DNA of 64,000 bases from Vampirovibrionales bacterium (GTDB lineage Bacteria > Cyanobacteriota > Vampirovibrionia > Vampirovibrionales > Vampirovibrionaceae): NCBI GenBank assembly GCA_029262635.1, contig JAJCZA010000029.1:29938-93937 (forward strand). Direction: 5' to 3'. The notes beneath the pieces are model-generated. The model was not told where the DNA came from. It did no database searches and saw nothing but the letters and a program-made list of their open reading frames with translations. Shown here piece after piece: positions 19,330 to 29,256 of this stretch (its first letter is position 1; each line of letters starts with the position of its first letter). The position numbers and the translations under genes are program-made.

Positions 19330-19358
19330 CCACCAAAGAAAGTAGGTGGTATTTTTTC
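19330..19358 (+). terminator. Possible rho-independent terminator after GT-C #1 (CCACC-10 nt-GGTGG + TATTTTTT)
   Basis: Read directly. Short stem, so weak. Confidence 0.35.
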
Positions 19359-19666
19359 CTGCTCTACTCGAATATTGAATTTCTCACCCGACCCGTCACG
19401 GAATGTAAAATCAAGCAGATGTTTTCCATCCGCCTGTATTTCATCACTACCCAGATAGTGAACAAGTCGCTTGTCGTATACCAGTTCCATAAAAAGCAAG
19501 ACCCTAATCTATAATCCCGATTGCCTACACTTAAATCTATTATCGACGAAAAGGCGAAAAAACTTTAGGCTTTTCTCTTTAAGTGTTTTTAAATGTATAC
19601 AAATTGTTATACTTTTTAGTATACATGAGGATTAAAATGTAAACAATAGGAGGTTCGGGTTTTTAT

Positions 19667-20584
19667 CTAAATCTGAGGTTTTATTTGGCTAAAGATAGTC
19701 ACCCGTTCTTTTTTTGTACATCGGGCGTTATGCAAAGCATGACGAGCATAACGAACCAATGCGTCAGCGTCGGCCACTTCATCGGGATCGGATAGGGGGA
19801 ACCCGGCTATTCCAGAGTGAATGGACAGGGTTTCTATGTCTTTTCCCGAATGAAATTCGACACCCTGAATGGATTGAACAATTCGGTTGGCCAGTATTTT
19901 TGCGCCTTTTTCCGTACTGCGAGGCAGGAGCAGGCCAATTTCGTCATCGCCGATGCGAGCGATAATATCTTCGTTTCGTTTGTGAGTCTGAATTACATCG
20001 GCCATTTTACAGACAATATTGTTTACAAAATCATAGCCGTAGCTATCCAGGTGAAGTTGAAAGAAATCCACACCAATAATAACGCAGGCCAAGGGGGACA
20101 TATGTCGCTTGGACAGTGAAATTTCTTCATTCAGGCGTTGCAGAAAGTAACGCCGGTTGTAGAGTTGAGTGATTTCATCCTGTTGGGCCGAGGCTTCCAC
20201 GTTGGCTAAAAGCTCACTTTGACGCAAGGCGGTTGAAACCCGACTTAAAATATCCAGCGAGGTCATGGGCGAGATTAAAAAATCAGTTTCAAAGGAGTGC
20301 CCTGATATTTTTTCGGCCTCTTGTTCAGCGCATATTTCAATGCATGTGGCTGTCGGCAAGGTCGACTTTACTTGGGCGACTAAAGGTTTACCCGGAGAAA
20401 AGGGCATCAAAACAACAGCGTAACTTTGACCCTTCAGTTCTTCGTTCAAGGCATCGAGTCCTGAAAGGGGCAAGAGTTTGTAATGTGGATTTAAGACGTC
20501 CTGAATCTGTTTTAACTCTGTAATATTGGGTTCGTCCAAAATATAAATCGTACTCATGCTCACCATTATAGCAATGGATAACAA
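19667..20584 (-). CDS. Pseudo-receiver + degenerate GGDEF domain protein (A-site GDDEI, I-site RNED intact); probable c-di-GMP effector
   Basis: The REC-like N-terminus lacks the phospho-acceptor Asp (AVVLMPF versus DxxMP). The GGDEF domain reads RNEDIIARIGDDEIGLL, which aligns to PleD RESDLLARYGGEEF. Confidence 0.8.
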   Translation of the reverse strand: MLSIAIMVSMSTIYILDEPNITELKQIQDVLNPHYKLLPLSGLDALNEELKGQSYAVVLMPFSPGKPLVAQVKSTLPTATCIEICAEQEAEKISGHSFETDFLISPMTSLDILSRVSTALRQSELLANVEASAQQDEITQLYNRRYFLQRLNEEISLSKRHMSPLACVIIGVDFFQLHLDSYGYDFVNNIVCKMADVIQTHKRNEDIIARIGDDEIGLLLPRSTEKGAKILANRIVQSIQGVEFHSGKDIETLSIHSGIAGFPLSDPDEVADADALVRYARHALHNARCTKKERVTIFSQIKPQI

Positions 20585-20634
20585 ACAAGGCAGGGCTATA
20601 TACAGTATTTTTTGAGCCTGATTTTAGTTTGACG

Positions 20635-21072
20635 CTAGGCTTCTCGATCCGTGATGATGCCTGCATAGCGCTGGATTTTTTCAGATACCTGTAGTAACTC
20701 GTCGCCGGTCAGGGTTAGCATTACTTGACCATTTCGTGAGTCAATCAGATCAACTAACTCAGAGCTTTCATTAACCTGAAAGCGGTAGAGAACGCCTTGT
20801 TCAAGGGAAAAATTCATGAGCCCCCGGAGCTTGGCAAAAACCAGAATTTGCTCGCGCTCTTCCTCGTTAAGCCCTTCTTGAGGTTCGTCTTCCGGATCGT
20901 AGTATTGTTCGAGTTCTTTGTTCACTTTTTCTGCGTCGTAGGCTTCCCGGTTTTTCTTAACTCTGGGTTGATGTCGTGCGGCTTCGTTCGCTTGATTAGC
21001 CCCAATGTAGGGGCTTAAAGGGTCAGCGTACGCATGCAATTGCGACGGTTTAGGAATGCCGTCAAAGCTCAT
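20635..21072 (-). CDS. Hypothetical acidic protein, immediately upstream of the degenerate GGDEF gene (likely co-transcribed)
   Basis: 145-aa ORF, 50-nt gap to the next gene on the same strand. Confidence 0.5.
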   Translation of the reverse strand: MSFDGIPKPSQLHAYADPLSPYIGANQANEAARHQPRVKKNREAYDAEKVNKELEQYYDPEDEPQEGLNEEEREQILVFAKLRGLMNFSLEQGVLYRFQVNESSELVDLIDSRNGQVMLTLTGDELLQVSEKIQRYAGIITDREA

Positions 21073-21170
21073 AAAGTCATCTCATTATTTCCAGATTGAG
21101 GATAGAATCAGGTAAAAATAACATTTCCTCTTGTTCAATATCGGCGCTTACGGTAAATTCTTTATGATAT

Positions 21171-21641
21171 TTGGTGGCAATCAACCATTTTATGGAGAAT
21201 CCATTGGACTTTACACTGTATAACCTCCTCACCTCTCAACTGCCAGAACCTCCTGACCTCTCTATTGTTCAAAGCAAACATCCCCTTCCTGAAGTATGGC
21301 CTGTTGTTGTTAAGGAAATCGTTCATTTTCGTAAACAATTGCAATATTTTATCGTGTCAGACGGCCGACAAGAGGTGTTTTGTTTCACCAAAGTGCCAGA
21401 AATTGAGGATAAAGTCGCTGTTTTAGAGTTGGGTAGCATTATTCATCTGATTGGCGCCGAAACCCGGTTTTCCGATAAGGAAAAGCGTTATGTTGTTGAT
21501 TTTGAAGAAATCTGTACCTTGAAAGAATATGACAATCGGGTAAAACAGCAGGCGGAGGATGAGAACAACCGTCGTATCTGGCTAAAAGAACAAGGCTATC
21601 TTGACGAAAGCGATTACAGCATGACCGGTTTAGAGGATTAG
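21171..21641 (+). CDS. Hypothetical protein upstream of nadD
   Basis: 156-aa ORF, same strand, 75 nt before nadD. Confidence 0.5.
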   Translation: MVAINHFMENPLDFTLYNLLTSQLPEPPDLSIVQSKHPLPEVWPVVVKEIVHFRKQLQYFIVSDGRQEVFCFTKVPEIEDKVAVLELGSIIHLIGAETRFSDKEKRYVVDFEEICTLKEYDNRVKQQAEDENNRRIWLKEQGYLDESDYSMTGLED

Positions 21642-21716
21642 AAACGGTAACCTATCCATCCCCTTATTTTTGTAATAGGTTGAGAGATGGTGATCGGCAC
21701 AGCAAAGGAGTGGGAT

Positions 21717-22355
21717 ATGTCCAATCGGCTTCAAACGAAAATCGGCTTTTATTTTGGAACCTTTAACCCGATTCATTGGGGGCATTTGGCCATTGCCCGA
21801 CAGGCTCAAAGTCAGTTTAAACTGGACAGATTGGTATTTATTCCGGCAGGGCATCCGCCTTTTAAGGATGAGGATCCAGAGCTGGCGAATGCTGAGATTC
21901 GTCTGGCAATGGTAAAGTTGGCGATTATGAACGAACCCACCTGGGCTGTGGATCAAATGGAAATCAATAGAGAAGGCATTTCTTATACTATTGATACCCT
22001 GAAGGCGCTTCGTAAAAACTATGACTTAGGAAAGAGTAAAATTCCCTTTATTATTGGCTCAGATGCGCTAAGTGATTTGCACCTTTGGCACCGTCCCATT
22101 GAAATTATTAATGAGGTCACCTTCTTACAGGCTCCTCGACAAGGCTTTCCGCCGGTAAAAATTTTAGAACTGAATCAAATGTTGATTCCATTGGATACTC
22201 GTATTATCAATATGCCGGAAGATCAAAGGTCGTCGACGGCTATTCGGGAAGCATTCTTTCAAGGAAAAGACATCAAAGATTTCGTGCCTGAAGGTGTGGC
22301 AACCTATCTGAAAGAACATCTGGTCTGGCAGGCCCCAGGGCTATCCGGCCGTTAG
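21717..22355 (+). CDS. nadD: Nicotinate-nucleotide adenylyltransferase
   Basis: KIGFYFGTFNPIHWGHLAIARQA matches the (T/H)xGH nucleotidyltransferase motif. AAGGAG sits 7 nt upstream of ATG 21717; the track start at 21687 is probably too early. Confidence 0.88.
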   Translation: MSNRLQTKIGFYFGTFNPIHWGHLAIARQAQSQFKLDRLVFIPAGHPPFKDEDPELANAEIRLAMVKLAIMNEPTWAVDQMEINREGISYTIDTLKALRKNYDLGKSKIPFIIGSDALSDLHLWHRPIEIINEVTFLQAPRQGFPPVKILELNQMLIPLDTRIINMPEDQRSSTAIREAFFQGKDIKDFVPEGVATYLKEHLVWQAPGLSGR

Positions 22356-22409
22356 GCGGGCTTTTAATTAGAGTTTAAAAATGTTGTGGTCGGGACGAAG
22401 CAGGCTCGG

Positions 22410-22829
22410 TTATTTCTTGAGTAAGTCACGAATTTCGGTTAAGAGTGTCTCTTCGGCAGATGGTTTAGGGGGTTTTGCTTCCGTGGCCTCCTTTTCTTTC
22501 CGTTTCAATTGATTGATCCCTTTAATTAAAAGAAAAACACACAATGCGACGATAATAAAATCAAGGGTTACTTGCAAAAACAGGCCATATTGGATGGCAA
22601 TTTCATCTGCCACGATAGCGCCTTGGCTATCCAGTGTGGCATGAGCCAGTACATATCTCAGCTCTGAAAAACTGACCCCACCCATGAGCAAACCAACCGG
22701 CGGCATAATGATGTTGGCGACCAATGAAGCGATTATTTTGCCAAAAGCTCCACCAATAATGACGCCAACAGCCATATCCACGACATTACCTTTCATGGCG
22801 AACTCTTTAAATTCTTGCAGAAAACTCAT
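22410..22829 (-). CDS. mscL: Large-conductance mechanosensitive channel
   Basis: [46 protein letters not shown] is a canonical MscL N-terminus. AAGGA sits 9 nt upstream of ATG 22829. Confidence 0.92.
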   Translation of the reverse strand: MSFLQEFKEFAMKGNVVDMAVGVIIGGAFGKIIASLVANIIMPPVGLLMGGVSFSELRYVLAHATLDSQGAIVADEIAIQYGLFLQVTLDFIIVALCVFLLIKGINQLKRKEKEATEAKPPKPSAEETLLTEIRDLLKK

Positions 22830-22918
22830 TACGAAAGTCCTTAAACTATTTAAATCAGCAAAATAAGACCACAAATAAGCATGAAAACCAAACCGACTGA
22901 CGCCCCGTAAGTATTACT

Positions 22919-24640
22919 TTACTTCATTTGCCAGAGGGCGGCATCATTTTGAACCGGGTGCCTGAAAACGTCTGAAAAAGAGCGATGATAGACCTGTAAA
23001 ACAGGTTTTAAATACCGGTCAGACTCTCCAAATGCCGTGTCTTCAAGGATATAAACTGATCCATAACGCTGTTGCTTTTCTTGAAGGTAACTGTAAAATG
23101 CTTCTGTATCAGCGGTGAATGGGAAGGCAAGCGATTTTCTGTCACTATAATAATACGCCACTGGAGGCTTTCGGGTTATAATCAGGCTATTAGTAGGCGT
23201 ATTCTCTTTGATCCAGAGTAAGGTTTCATAATAGGCCCGATTATCAGGGCGACGTGAGGGGCCAACCTGAGCTATTTTAAGTTTATACCCGGCATTAACC
23301 CACCGCAGGGTATCTGGCAGGTGTCCACCCAGAAGTGCTACGCCGACAAACAGAGATAAGAAGTTTATGGAAACCTTTCTAAAGAAAGGTAATGGGAAGT
23401 GAGGTTGCAATAACTCAAGGCTACTCAGGATTCCTTGGTAGAGAATAATCAAAATAAAGGGAAAAACAGGCAGAATAAATCGAGGTGAGATGTAAGGATA
23501 AATCGCAAACACCCCTAAATAAATAATTAAATACAAGGACATAAGGGGGTAAGCCCTAAAAATAGAGGAAACTCCCACCAGGAAAAGAAGTGCCAAAAAC
23601 GGGGTGGCGTAATAAATAATATTGATTTTACTTCCATCTTCCGTTTTTACTCGAATAGGGGGCAAGAGCTGATCGGTTACGATTTTGCTATAGCCTGTGA
23701 CCCGTGCGCCAATAATTTCGGCATAATCTTCCAGTCCCTTGGCCATATGAGCGTTGTCTTGTGCTACAGGACTTTGCACCAGAAAATGTTTGATAAACTC
23801 CAGTTTAATGGGTGATTTATCGAGGAGGCTGCTTACTCCGGCTTGGTTCAGGGTCTCCCCCGTGACGGTGTGTGTACTTCGGTAGTAATGTTCATAGCCG
23901 GGCCAAAGTCCAGCGGCTAAAAGCAAAATAACGGCGGAAACTGTTAGAGTTTTCCATTCTTTTTTGAGCAGGAGGTAGGCTAAAAACCCGAGTAAAAGTG
24001 AGACACCCACTTGCCGCATCCAAAAAGACAGGGCGATGAAGATAATCCCCCAAGCTAAATGGGAGGAGAACCCTTTTGAGGAAGCGATTTCCTGGTTTTT
24101 TTCGAGGATTTTACTTTTCTGCCAGTGAGATAAAAAGAATAATGCTGCCATGGACAAAGCCCAGTAAGGCACATCAGACAAGACATCACTGCTGTATTTA
24201 AATATTAATGGATTGATCGCCAGAAAGAGGGTCAGTATACGGGTGTGCCAAAGGGAGAAATGGTCCCGAAGCCAATAATAAAACAGGGGAATGGATGCTA
24301 GAAAGAGGAGGTGAATTCCGCCTTTTAATACCCATTGGGCGGACTCCAGATCAGGCGTTCCTGATAACTTAAGCCAACCAGCAATTAATAGGGGGAGCAA
24401 TGGGGGAAATGTAAAATAGGGCTGAGCTTCTGGCCCATATTCTAGTAAATAGCCTTTTCCTGAGGCCAATGCCTGCCCAATCAGGCAGAAAATCGCGCTA
24501 TCGTGATTGACTACGGTTAAATAAGGGTTGAGCATTAATCCGAAAAGAACAGTAGAGAGAGCAAGCACCATGAGTAGAAATGGGCGATCTTTTTCAGTGA
24601 ACCACTGAATAAACGGGTTGTTATTGCAATTTTGTTGCAT
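22919..24640 (-). CDS. GT-C fold membrane glycosyltransferase (ArnT/PMT-like) #2
   Basis: 573 aa with about 12 TM segments. The N-terminal region has a DSAIF...G motif after TM1. Divergent from the GT2 operon. Confidence 0.6.
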   Translation of the reverse strand: MQQNCNNNPFIQWFTEKDRPFLLMVLALSTVLFGLMLNPYLTVVNHDSAIFCLIGQALASGKGYLLEYGPEAQPYFTFPPLLPLLIAGWLKLSGTPDLESAQWVLKGGIHLLFLASIPLFYYWLRDHFSLWHTRILTLFLAINPLIFKYSSDVLSDVPYWALSMAALFFLSHWQKSKILEKNQEIASSKGFSSHLAWGIIFIALSFWMRQVGVSLLLGFLAYLLLKKEWKTLTVSAVILLLAAGLWPGYEHYYRSTHTVTGETLNQAGVSSLLDKSPIKLEFIKHFLVQSPVAQDNAHMAKGLEDYAEIIGARVTGYSKIVTDQLLPPIRVKTEDGSKINIIYYATPFLALLFLVGVSSIFRAYPLMSLYLIIYLGVFAIYPYISPRFILPVFPFILIILYQGILSSLELLQPHFPLPFFRKVSINFLSLFVGVALLGGHLPDTLRWVNAGYKLKIAQVGPSRRPDNRAYYETLLWIKENTPTNSLIITRKPPVAYYYSDRKSLAFPFTADTEAFYSYLQEKQQRYGSVYILEDTAFGESDRYLKPVLQVYHRSFSDVFRHPVQNDAALWQMK

Positions 24641-24763
24641 TAATATAGCCTAACGCAATCTTGTTCCTTCAGGTGTCTTTAAATCATACAGCCATCATAC
24701 TCAAAAAAGCGGCTTATTTTTTCTATCTGAAAAATTAAAAGTAATAATGATAATGATCACTTC

Positions 24764-26386
24764 ATGTTGAACCAGCTCCTTCCTCAATTCAATCATTTTT
24801 TCGCCCGGTTGGATGCCGGGGAAATCGTTCCCCATGCCCGCCCTTTGGCCCGTGTTATTGCGCCAAGTATTGCGGCAGCGCTGGCAAGTACTCAGTTGGC
24901 GATTGACTTAAAAAACGCGCCGGATCGGAAAACCCAAAAAAAAGTATTGATTCGGGACCTGCTGGCAATGGGGGGGATTATTGTTGGGCTGATAGCGGCG
25001 AGCAGAGCTTTAAGATGGCACTACGGTGTTTCCAACCATCTGCATTTGCCAGGAATTGCTCATGAACACGCCGAAAAAGCGGCAAACACGGCGAAAAAAA
25101 TCTTGAAAACTTCGCATGAGCGAATTACAGCCCTGTTTAAATCACCGAAATGCGATCACGCTGGTGAAGGTGTGGTTCGACTTCAGTCGATGGCTTTTGG
25201 CGGTATTTTAGGGGGCGGATTAGGCGGATTATTAGCGGATCGCATCAATGGAGAAGACCTGAGGCGAATGGCTGGCTTTAAATTAAAAGAAGGCTTATTT
25301 CAATACATTGGGAACATCACCTTTTGCACCGTGTCTATTTTGGCCATTGGTAAGTTGGGCAGGTATTGGGCGGAAAAGTACGCGGAATCTATCCTAAAAA
25401 AGGGGATGAAAACCCTTGAAGTATTTAAAGAAAAAACGGAAAAACATTTGAAAAACCTTATGGAAAAAGAAGTGGGCGATTTGAATACCTTGCCAGGCTC
25501 GGCGAGTGAATCCTTTGAAACTTATTGGTTGATGGCGACCAAAGATCAGAGGACTCTTCGACACGAATTTCATCATTTGGCCGATCATGCGAAACATCAA
25601 GGCCACGAGAATCCGAAAGCCTTAACTCGCTTGCTGGATCAGATGAAAACAACCCCTATAAAATATTCGCCAGATACTCGATTATTTCAGGAAGGGCTCT
25701 TACGCTACCTTAATGATGAGTTTGGTGAGCGGCTCGCTGGAAGACAAGGGAACGTTCTTTTAAACGAAATAAGCACTGAGCTGCTTCCGACTTTGGGCAA
25801 GTTATTTGAATCGGGTAATAAAAAAGAAGCCACACGGGTGTTTCGTGAATTTTATACCCGTCAGATTCAGGCCGATTTAAAAACAGTGACCCAAGAAAAG
25901 CGACACCTCTTTGATATTGCCAAGGAACGGTTTGCTATTTTTGGTGAGCGTATCGGGATTGTTGCCGGCCTATTTACCGGGATTATTGGTGGAGCCTTTG
26001 CCTCTAATGCCATTAATAAAGGACTCACTGATGTTTTGAACTTACCTGAAGGCCATGAGGTGAATGGCCTGTTCAGTGGACACGATCAAGGCAAGGGCTG
26101 GATGGAAGGGACCGTCGGAGAAAGGGGGATCCATTGGTGGGATGCTATTCTCCATCTCGATGATTGGCCTACAGCCCTTTATATTGCTGGGGTTCATTCT
26201 GTAGAGTCATTTATCAATGTTCTTTATGGGATTTCGGGGATGCTAACGGGTATGGCAGGAACGGACTACAAAACACCTCGATTTCAACCTTCTCAAGGGA
26301 AAAATAGAGGCTTCTACCCCAATAGTTCAGGCTACTCCCCCCTGAGTCGAAATCACCGAACCTACTCACGATTCTTGAATGGTTAG
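24764..26386 (+). CDS. Hypothetical membrane-associated protein (540 aa) within the glycosylation locus
   Basis: ORF with Gly-rich hydrophobic segments (GGILGGGLGGLLADR; GIVAGLFTGIIGGAFASNAI). No family recognised. Confidence 0.55.
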   Translation: MLNQLLPQFNHFFARLDAGEIVPHARPLARVIAPSIAAALASTQLAIDLKNAPDRKTQKKVLIRDLLAMGGIIVGLIAASRALRWHYGVSNHLHLPGIAHEHAEKAANTAKKILKTSHERITALFKSPKCDHAGEGVVRLQSMAFGGILGGGLGGLLADRINGEDLRRMAGFKLKEGLFQYIGNITFCTVSILAIGKLGRYWAEKYAESILKKGMKTLEVFKEKTEKHLKNLMEKEVGDLNTLPGSASESFETYWLMATKDQRTLRHEFHHLADHAKHQGHENPKALTRLLDQMKTTPIKYSPDTRLFQEGLLRYLNDEFGERLAGRQGNVLLNEISTELLPTLGKLFESGNKKEATRVFREFYTRQIQADLKTVTQEKRHLFDIAKERFAIFGERIGIVAGLFTGIIGGAFASNAINKGLTDVLNLPEGHEVNGLFSGHDQGKGWMEGTVGERGIHWWDAILHLDDWPTALYIAGVHSVESFINVLYGISGMLTGMAGTDYKTPRFQPSQGKNRGFYPNSSGYSPLSRNHRTYSRFLNG

Positions 26387-26486
26387 CCGCTGACCGGAGG
26401 CCCCTTAATGTTACTCAAGAAAGGGCAATTTCTCCCGTGTTTTGTGTTAATTTGATAAAGGTCGATTATAATGCAGGAAAAGGGTT

Positions 26487-27575
26487 TTGACAATATCTTC
26501 ACGCTCTGGTAGCCCCACCAATTTACCGCTTATTTCAGTCGTTATTCCTATTTATAACGAATTTGAAACCTTGCCGGAACTGGTTAGCCGGCTGGATGAG
26601 TTGATTCAAGAGTACTCGGCTTATGGGTGGGAAGTCATTTTTATTAACGATGGCAGTTCAGACGGCTCAACTCAACTGCTTTCGGATTTAAGTGCTCGTT
26701 ACCTTTGGGCAAGCGTTCTGCACCTGTCTAGAAATTTTGGTCACCAGACAGCCATTAGTGCTGGGCTTGATTTTGCCCGAGGTGAGGCGGTTATCGTGAT
26801 GGATGGTGATCTTCAGGATCCGCCGGAACTGTTACCGCAGATGATTGAGCGTTGGCAATCGGGCTATGATGTGGTTTATGCCACAAGAAAGCATCGAGAA
26901 GGCGAGACACCGTTCAAACTGTTTACGGCCAAGCTCTTTTACCGCCTTCTTAAAGGCCTATCAGATGTGGATATTCCGTTGGATACGGGTGATTTTCGCC
27001 TTATGAGTCGTCCTGTGGTTAACGCTTTTTCCATGATGCGGGAGAGAAACCGCTTTATCCGAGGCATGGTTAGTTGGGTTGGGTTTTCTCAAACAGCCCT
27101 TTACTATGAGCGAGATAAACGAACCCATGGCGAAACTAAGTATACTCTGCTCAAAATGATTCGTTTTGCTGTGGATGGTTTGTTATCCTTTTCCACCGTC
27201 CCTTTGCAGTGGATTACGACGTTGGGCTTTATCATTTCCGCCATTAGCTTCCTTGCCATTGTTGGCGTTTTCTACGTATCACTTGTTATGCAAATTGCTC
27301 TGCCCGGCTGGAGTTCTCTCATGGTCGGTATTCTGATGATAGGTGGCATCCAATTGGTGTGCATGGGCATGATCGGCGAATACGTCGGTCGAATTTTTGA
27401 TGAAGTGCGCAACCGCCCCCTGTATCTAATTAGCAAAATAGATTCCCAAACTTTGTCCCAAACGACAAAAACGTACCCACCCCAACTCCGTGAGATGATG
27501 ATTCATGACCACTCAAACTCCAGAGAAATCCCACACGCCTTTACCGGACAATCCAACCCCGTCCTTAGCCACTGA
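26487..27575 (+). CDS. GT2 polyprenyl-phosphate sugar synthase (DPM1/ArnC/GtrB-like)
   Basis: ISVVIPIYNEFETLPELV, MDGDLQDPPELLPQMIE and DVVYATR, then two C-terminal TM helices (GtrB architecture). TTG start with an AAAGGG RBS. The about 45-aa C-terminal tail overlaps the next gene by 71 nt. Confidence 0.85.
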   Translation: MTISSRSGSPTNLPLISVVIPIYNEFETLPELVSRLDELIQEYSAYGWEVIFINDGSSDGSTQLLSDLSARYLWASVLHLSRNFGHQTAISAGLDFARGEAVIVMDGDLQDPPELLPQMIERWQSGYDVVYATRKHREGETPFKLFTAKLFYRLLKGLSDVDIPLDTGDFRLMSRPVVNAFSMMRERNRFIRGMVSWVGFSQTALYYERDKRTHGETKYTLLKMIRFAVDGLLSFSTVPLQWITTLGFIISAISFLAIVGVFYVSLVMQIALPGWSSLMVGILMIGGIQLVCMGMIGEYVGRIFDEVRNRPLYLISKIDSQTLSQTTKTYPPQLREMMIHDHSNSREIPHAFTGQSNPVLSH

Positions 27576-28386
27576 GAATACCCTGACGGAGCGTCAGATT
27601 ACTGAAGCTCGTTTTCATGACGAATGGGCCAAATCCATCAATTTTACGGAAATTGATCCGGAAATCACTTTTGAGGCGCCAACGGCCATTGAGTGTCAGT
27701 ATGTCTTGTCGCAAATAGATGAACTAGCTGGTAAGCGTATTTTGGATCTGGGCTGTGGCAGTGGTGAATCGGGCGTGTACTTTGCCAAGCAGGGTGCTGA
27801 GGTTTCGGCCTGTGATATTTCCCCTCAGTTTATTGAAGTGGCAAAACAGTTGGCGAACCATCACAGTGTGTCGCTGGACACGGTTGTCTGTCCGGCGGAA
27901 ACTCTTCCCTATCCGGATGACTCGTTTGATATTGTGTTTGCCAACGGCGTTTTACACCACGTGGACATCCCGCTAGCCATGGAAGAGATTCGTCGGGTAC
28001 TTAAGCCAAGGGGGAAAGGATTTTTCGTCGAGCCTTTGCCCTATAATCCGGTGATTAATATCTATCGTTGGATTGCTAAAGAGGTTCGCACGCCGGACGA
28101 GAAACCTCTGACCTTTACCGATATCGGTACTATCCGTAAACGCTTTCCCAAAACCCATGTAGAATACTTTTGGTTTTTTACGTTGGGGGTTTTTCTGTAT
28201 TTTTTCCTGATTGAACGGGCCAGTACGTCGGAACGGTATTGGAAAAAAATTCTTTATGAAGCGGATAAGTACAAAGCTATGTTCAGCTTTCTAAAAAAAC
28301 TGGATGACGTTATTTTACCTGCCCTGCCCTTACTCAAGCCTCTGTGCTGGAACATGGTTATTCAGATTCAAAAAAACGAGAAATAA
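27505..28386 (+). CDS. Class I SAM-dependent methyltransferase (Methyltransf_11-like) with C-terminal hydrophobic segment
   Basis: ILDLGCGSGESGVYFAKQGAEVSACDISPQFIEVA is motif I. A C-terminal segment FWFFTLGVFLYFFLI follows. Confidence 0.8.
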   Translation: MTTQTPEKSHTPLPDNPTPSLATENTLTERQITEARFHDEWAKSINFTEIDPEITFEAPTAIECQYVLSQIDELAGKRILDLGCGSGESGVYFAKQGAEVSACDISPQFIEVAKQLANHHSVSLDTVVCPAETLPYPDDSFDIVFANGVLHHVDIPLAMEEIRRVLKPRGKGFFVEPLPYNPVINIYRWIAKEVRTPDEKPLTFTDIGTIRKRFPKTHVEYFWFFTLGVFLYFFLIERASTSERYWKKILYEADKYKAMFSFLKKLDDVILPALPLLKPLCWNMVIQIQKNEK

Positions 28387-28423
28387 GTAAGCCCTGACAA
28401 CTCTCGGAGACTTTACCTCTTTT

Positions 28424-29254
28424 ATGGCGCAACTAACCCATTTATTGGATAACACCACCCTCTCTGGCGGGCTGTCTTACTTTGATTACGAATATCAGGT
28501 CGCCGAAGCCATTGTGATCCCTTGGCTAAAAAAACATATTTACCTTAATAATCTATCTGTTGGGGATTTTGGTTGTCATCAGGGAGGTATTCTTCAAGCT
28601 TTTCGAGAACATGGCACGATTAGTTCCGGGACAGGCTATGACTTGAACGAAGACAGCATTCGTACTAGCCCCTTTGTCCGTGACGCTAACTTTCAGCTGG
28701 AAGTTGGCGACGTGCTAACGCTGGATCCGACGGTGAACTCGTTTGATCTTATTCTCATTCGAGATGTGTTGGAACACATTCCAGATTACGAAAACGTGCT
28801 TAGAAAGGCGCAAGCCTGTTTAAAACCGGGTGGGTATTTGTTTATCTCTTTCCCGCCATATTACTCCCCATTTGGTGGGCATCAACAACTGGCCGCTAAT
28901 TGGGCCAAGCTGGTGCCTTATTTGCATTATCTTCCGGAATCTCTGCTGTTTCAGCTCGTATCGCTAGTCGATAACAGCTACATGTCGGCTGAGGACTCTA
29001 AAGGTGACATGACTTCCGTTCGTCGCACTCGCTTAACATTAGGTAAAACCGAAAAAGCTTTTCAAGCAATAGGCCTTCTCCCTGTGGCGCAGGATTACTT
29101 TCTCTTACGGCCCGAGTTTAAAATTCGATACGGGATTCCAGCCCTTCCTTGCGCTATTATGGGACGTATTCCTTTCTTGAGAGAAGTCGTTACCATGGGC
29201 GTTTACTATCTGGTTCAAAAGCCGAATAGCCCCTGTTTAAAGGGACATCATTAA
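28424..29254 (+). CDS. Class I SAM-dependent methyltransferase #2
   Basis: DFGCHQGGILQAF... and DLILIRDVLEHIPDYENVLRKAQACLKPGGYLFISFP. Confidence 0.75.
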   Translation: MAQLTHLLDNTTLSGGLSYFDYEYQVAEAIVIPWLKKHIYLNNLSVGDFGCHQGGILQAFREHGTISSGTGYDLNEDSIRTSPFVRDANFQLEVGDVLTLDPTVNSFDLILIRDVLEHIPDYENVLRKAQACLKPGGYLFISFPPYYSPFGGHQQLAANWAKLVPYLHYLPESLLFQLVSLVDNSYMSAEDSKGDMTSVRRTRLTLGKTEKAFQAIGLLPVAQDYFLLRPEFKIRYGIPALPCAIMGRIPFLREVVTMGVYYLVQKPNSPCLKGHH

Positions 29255-29256
29255 TT

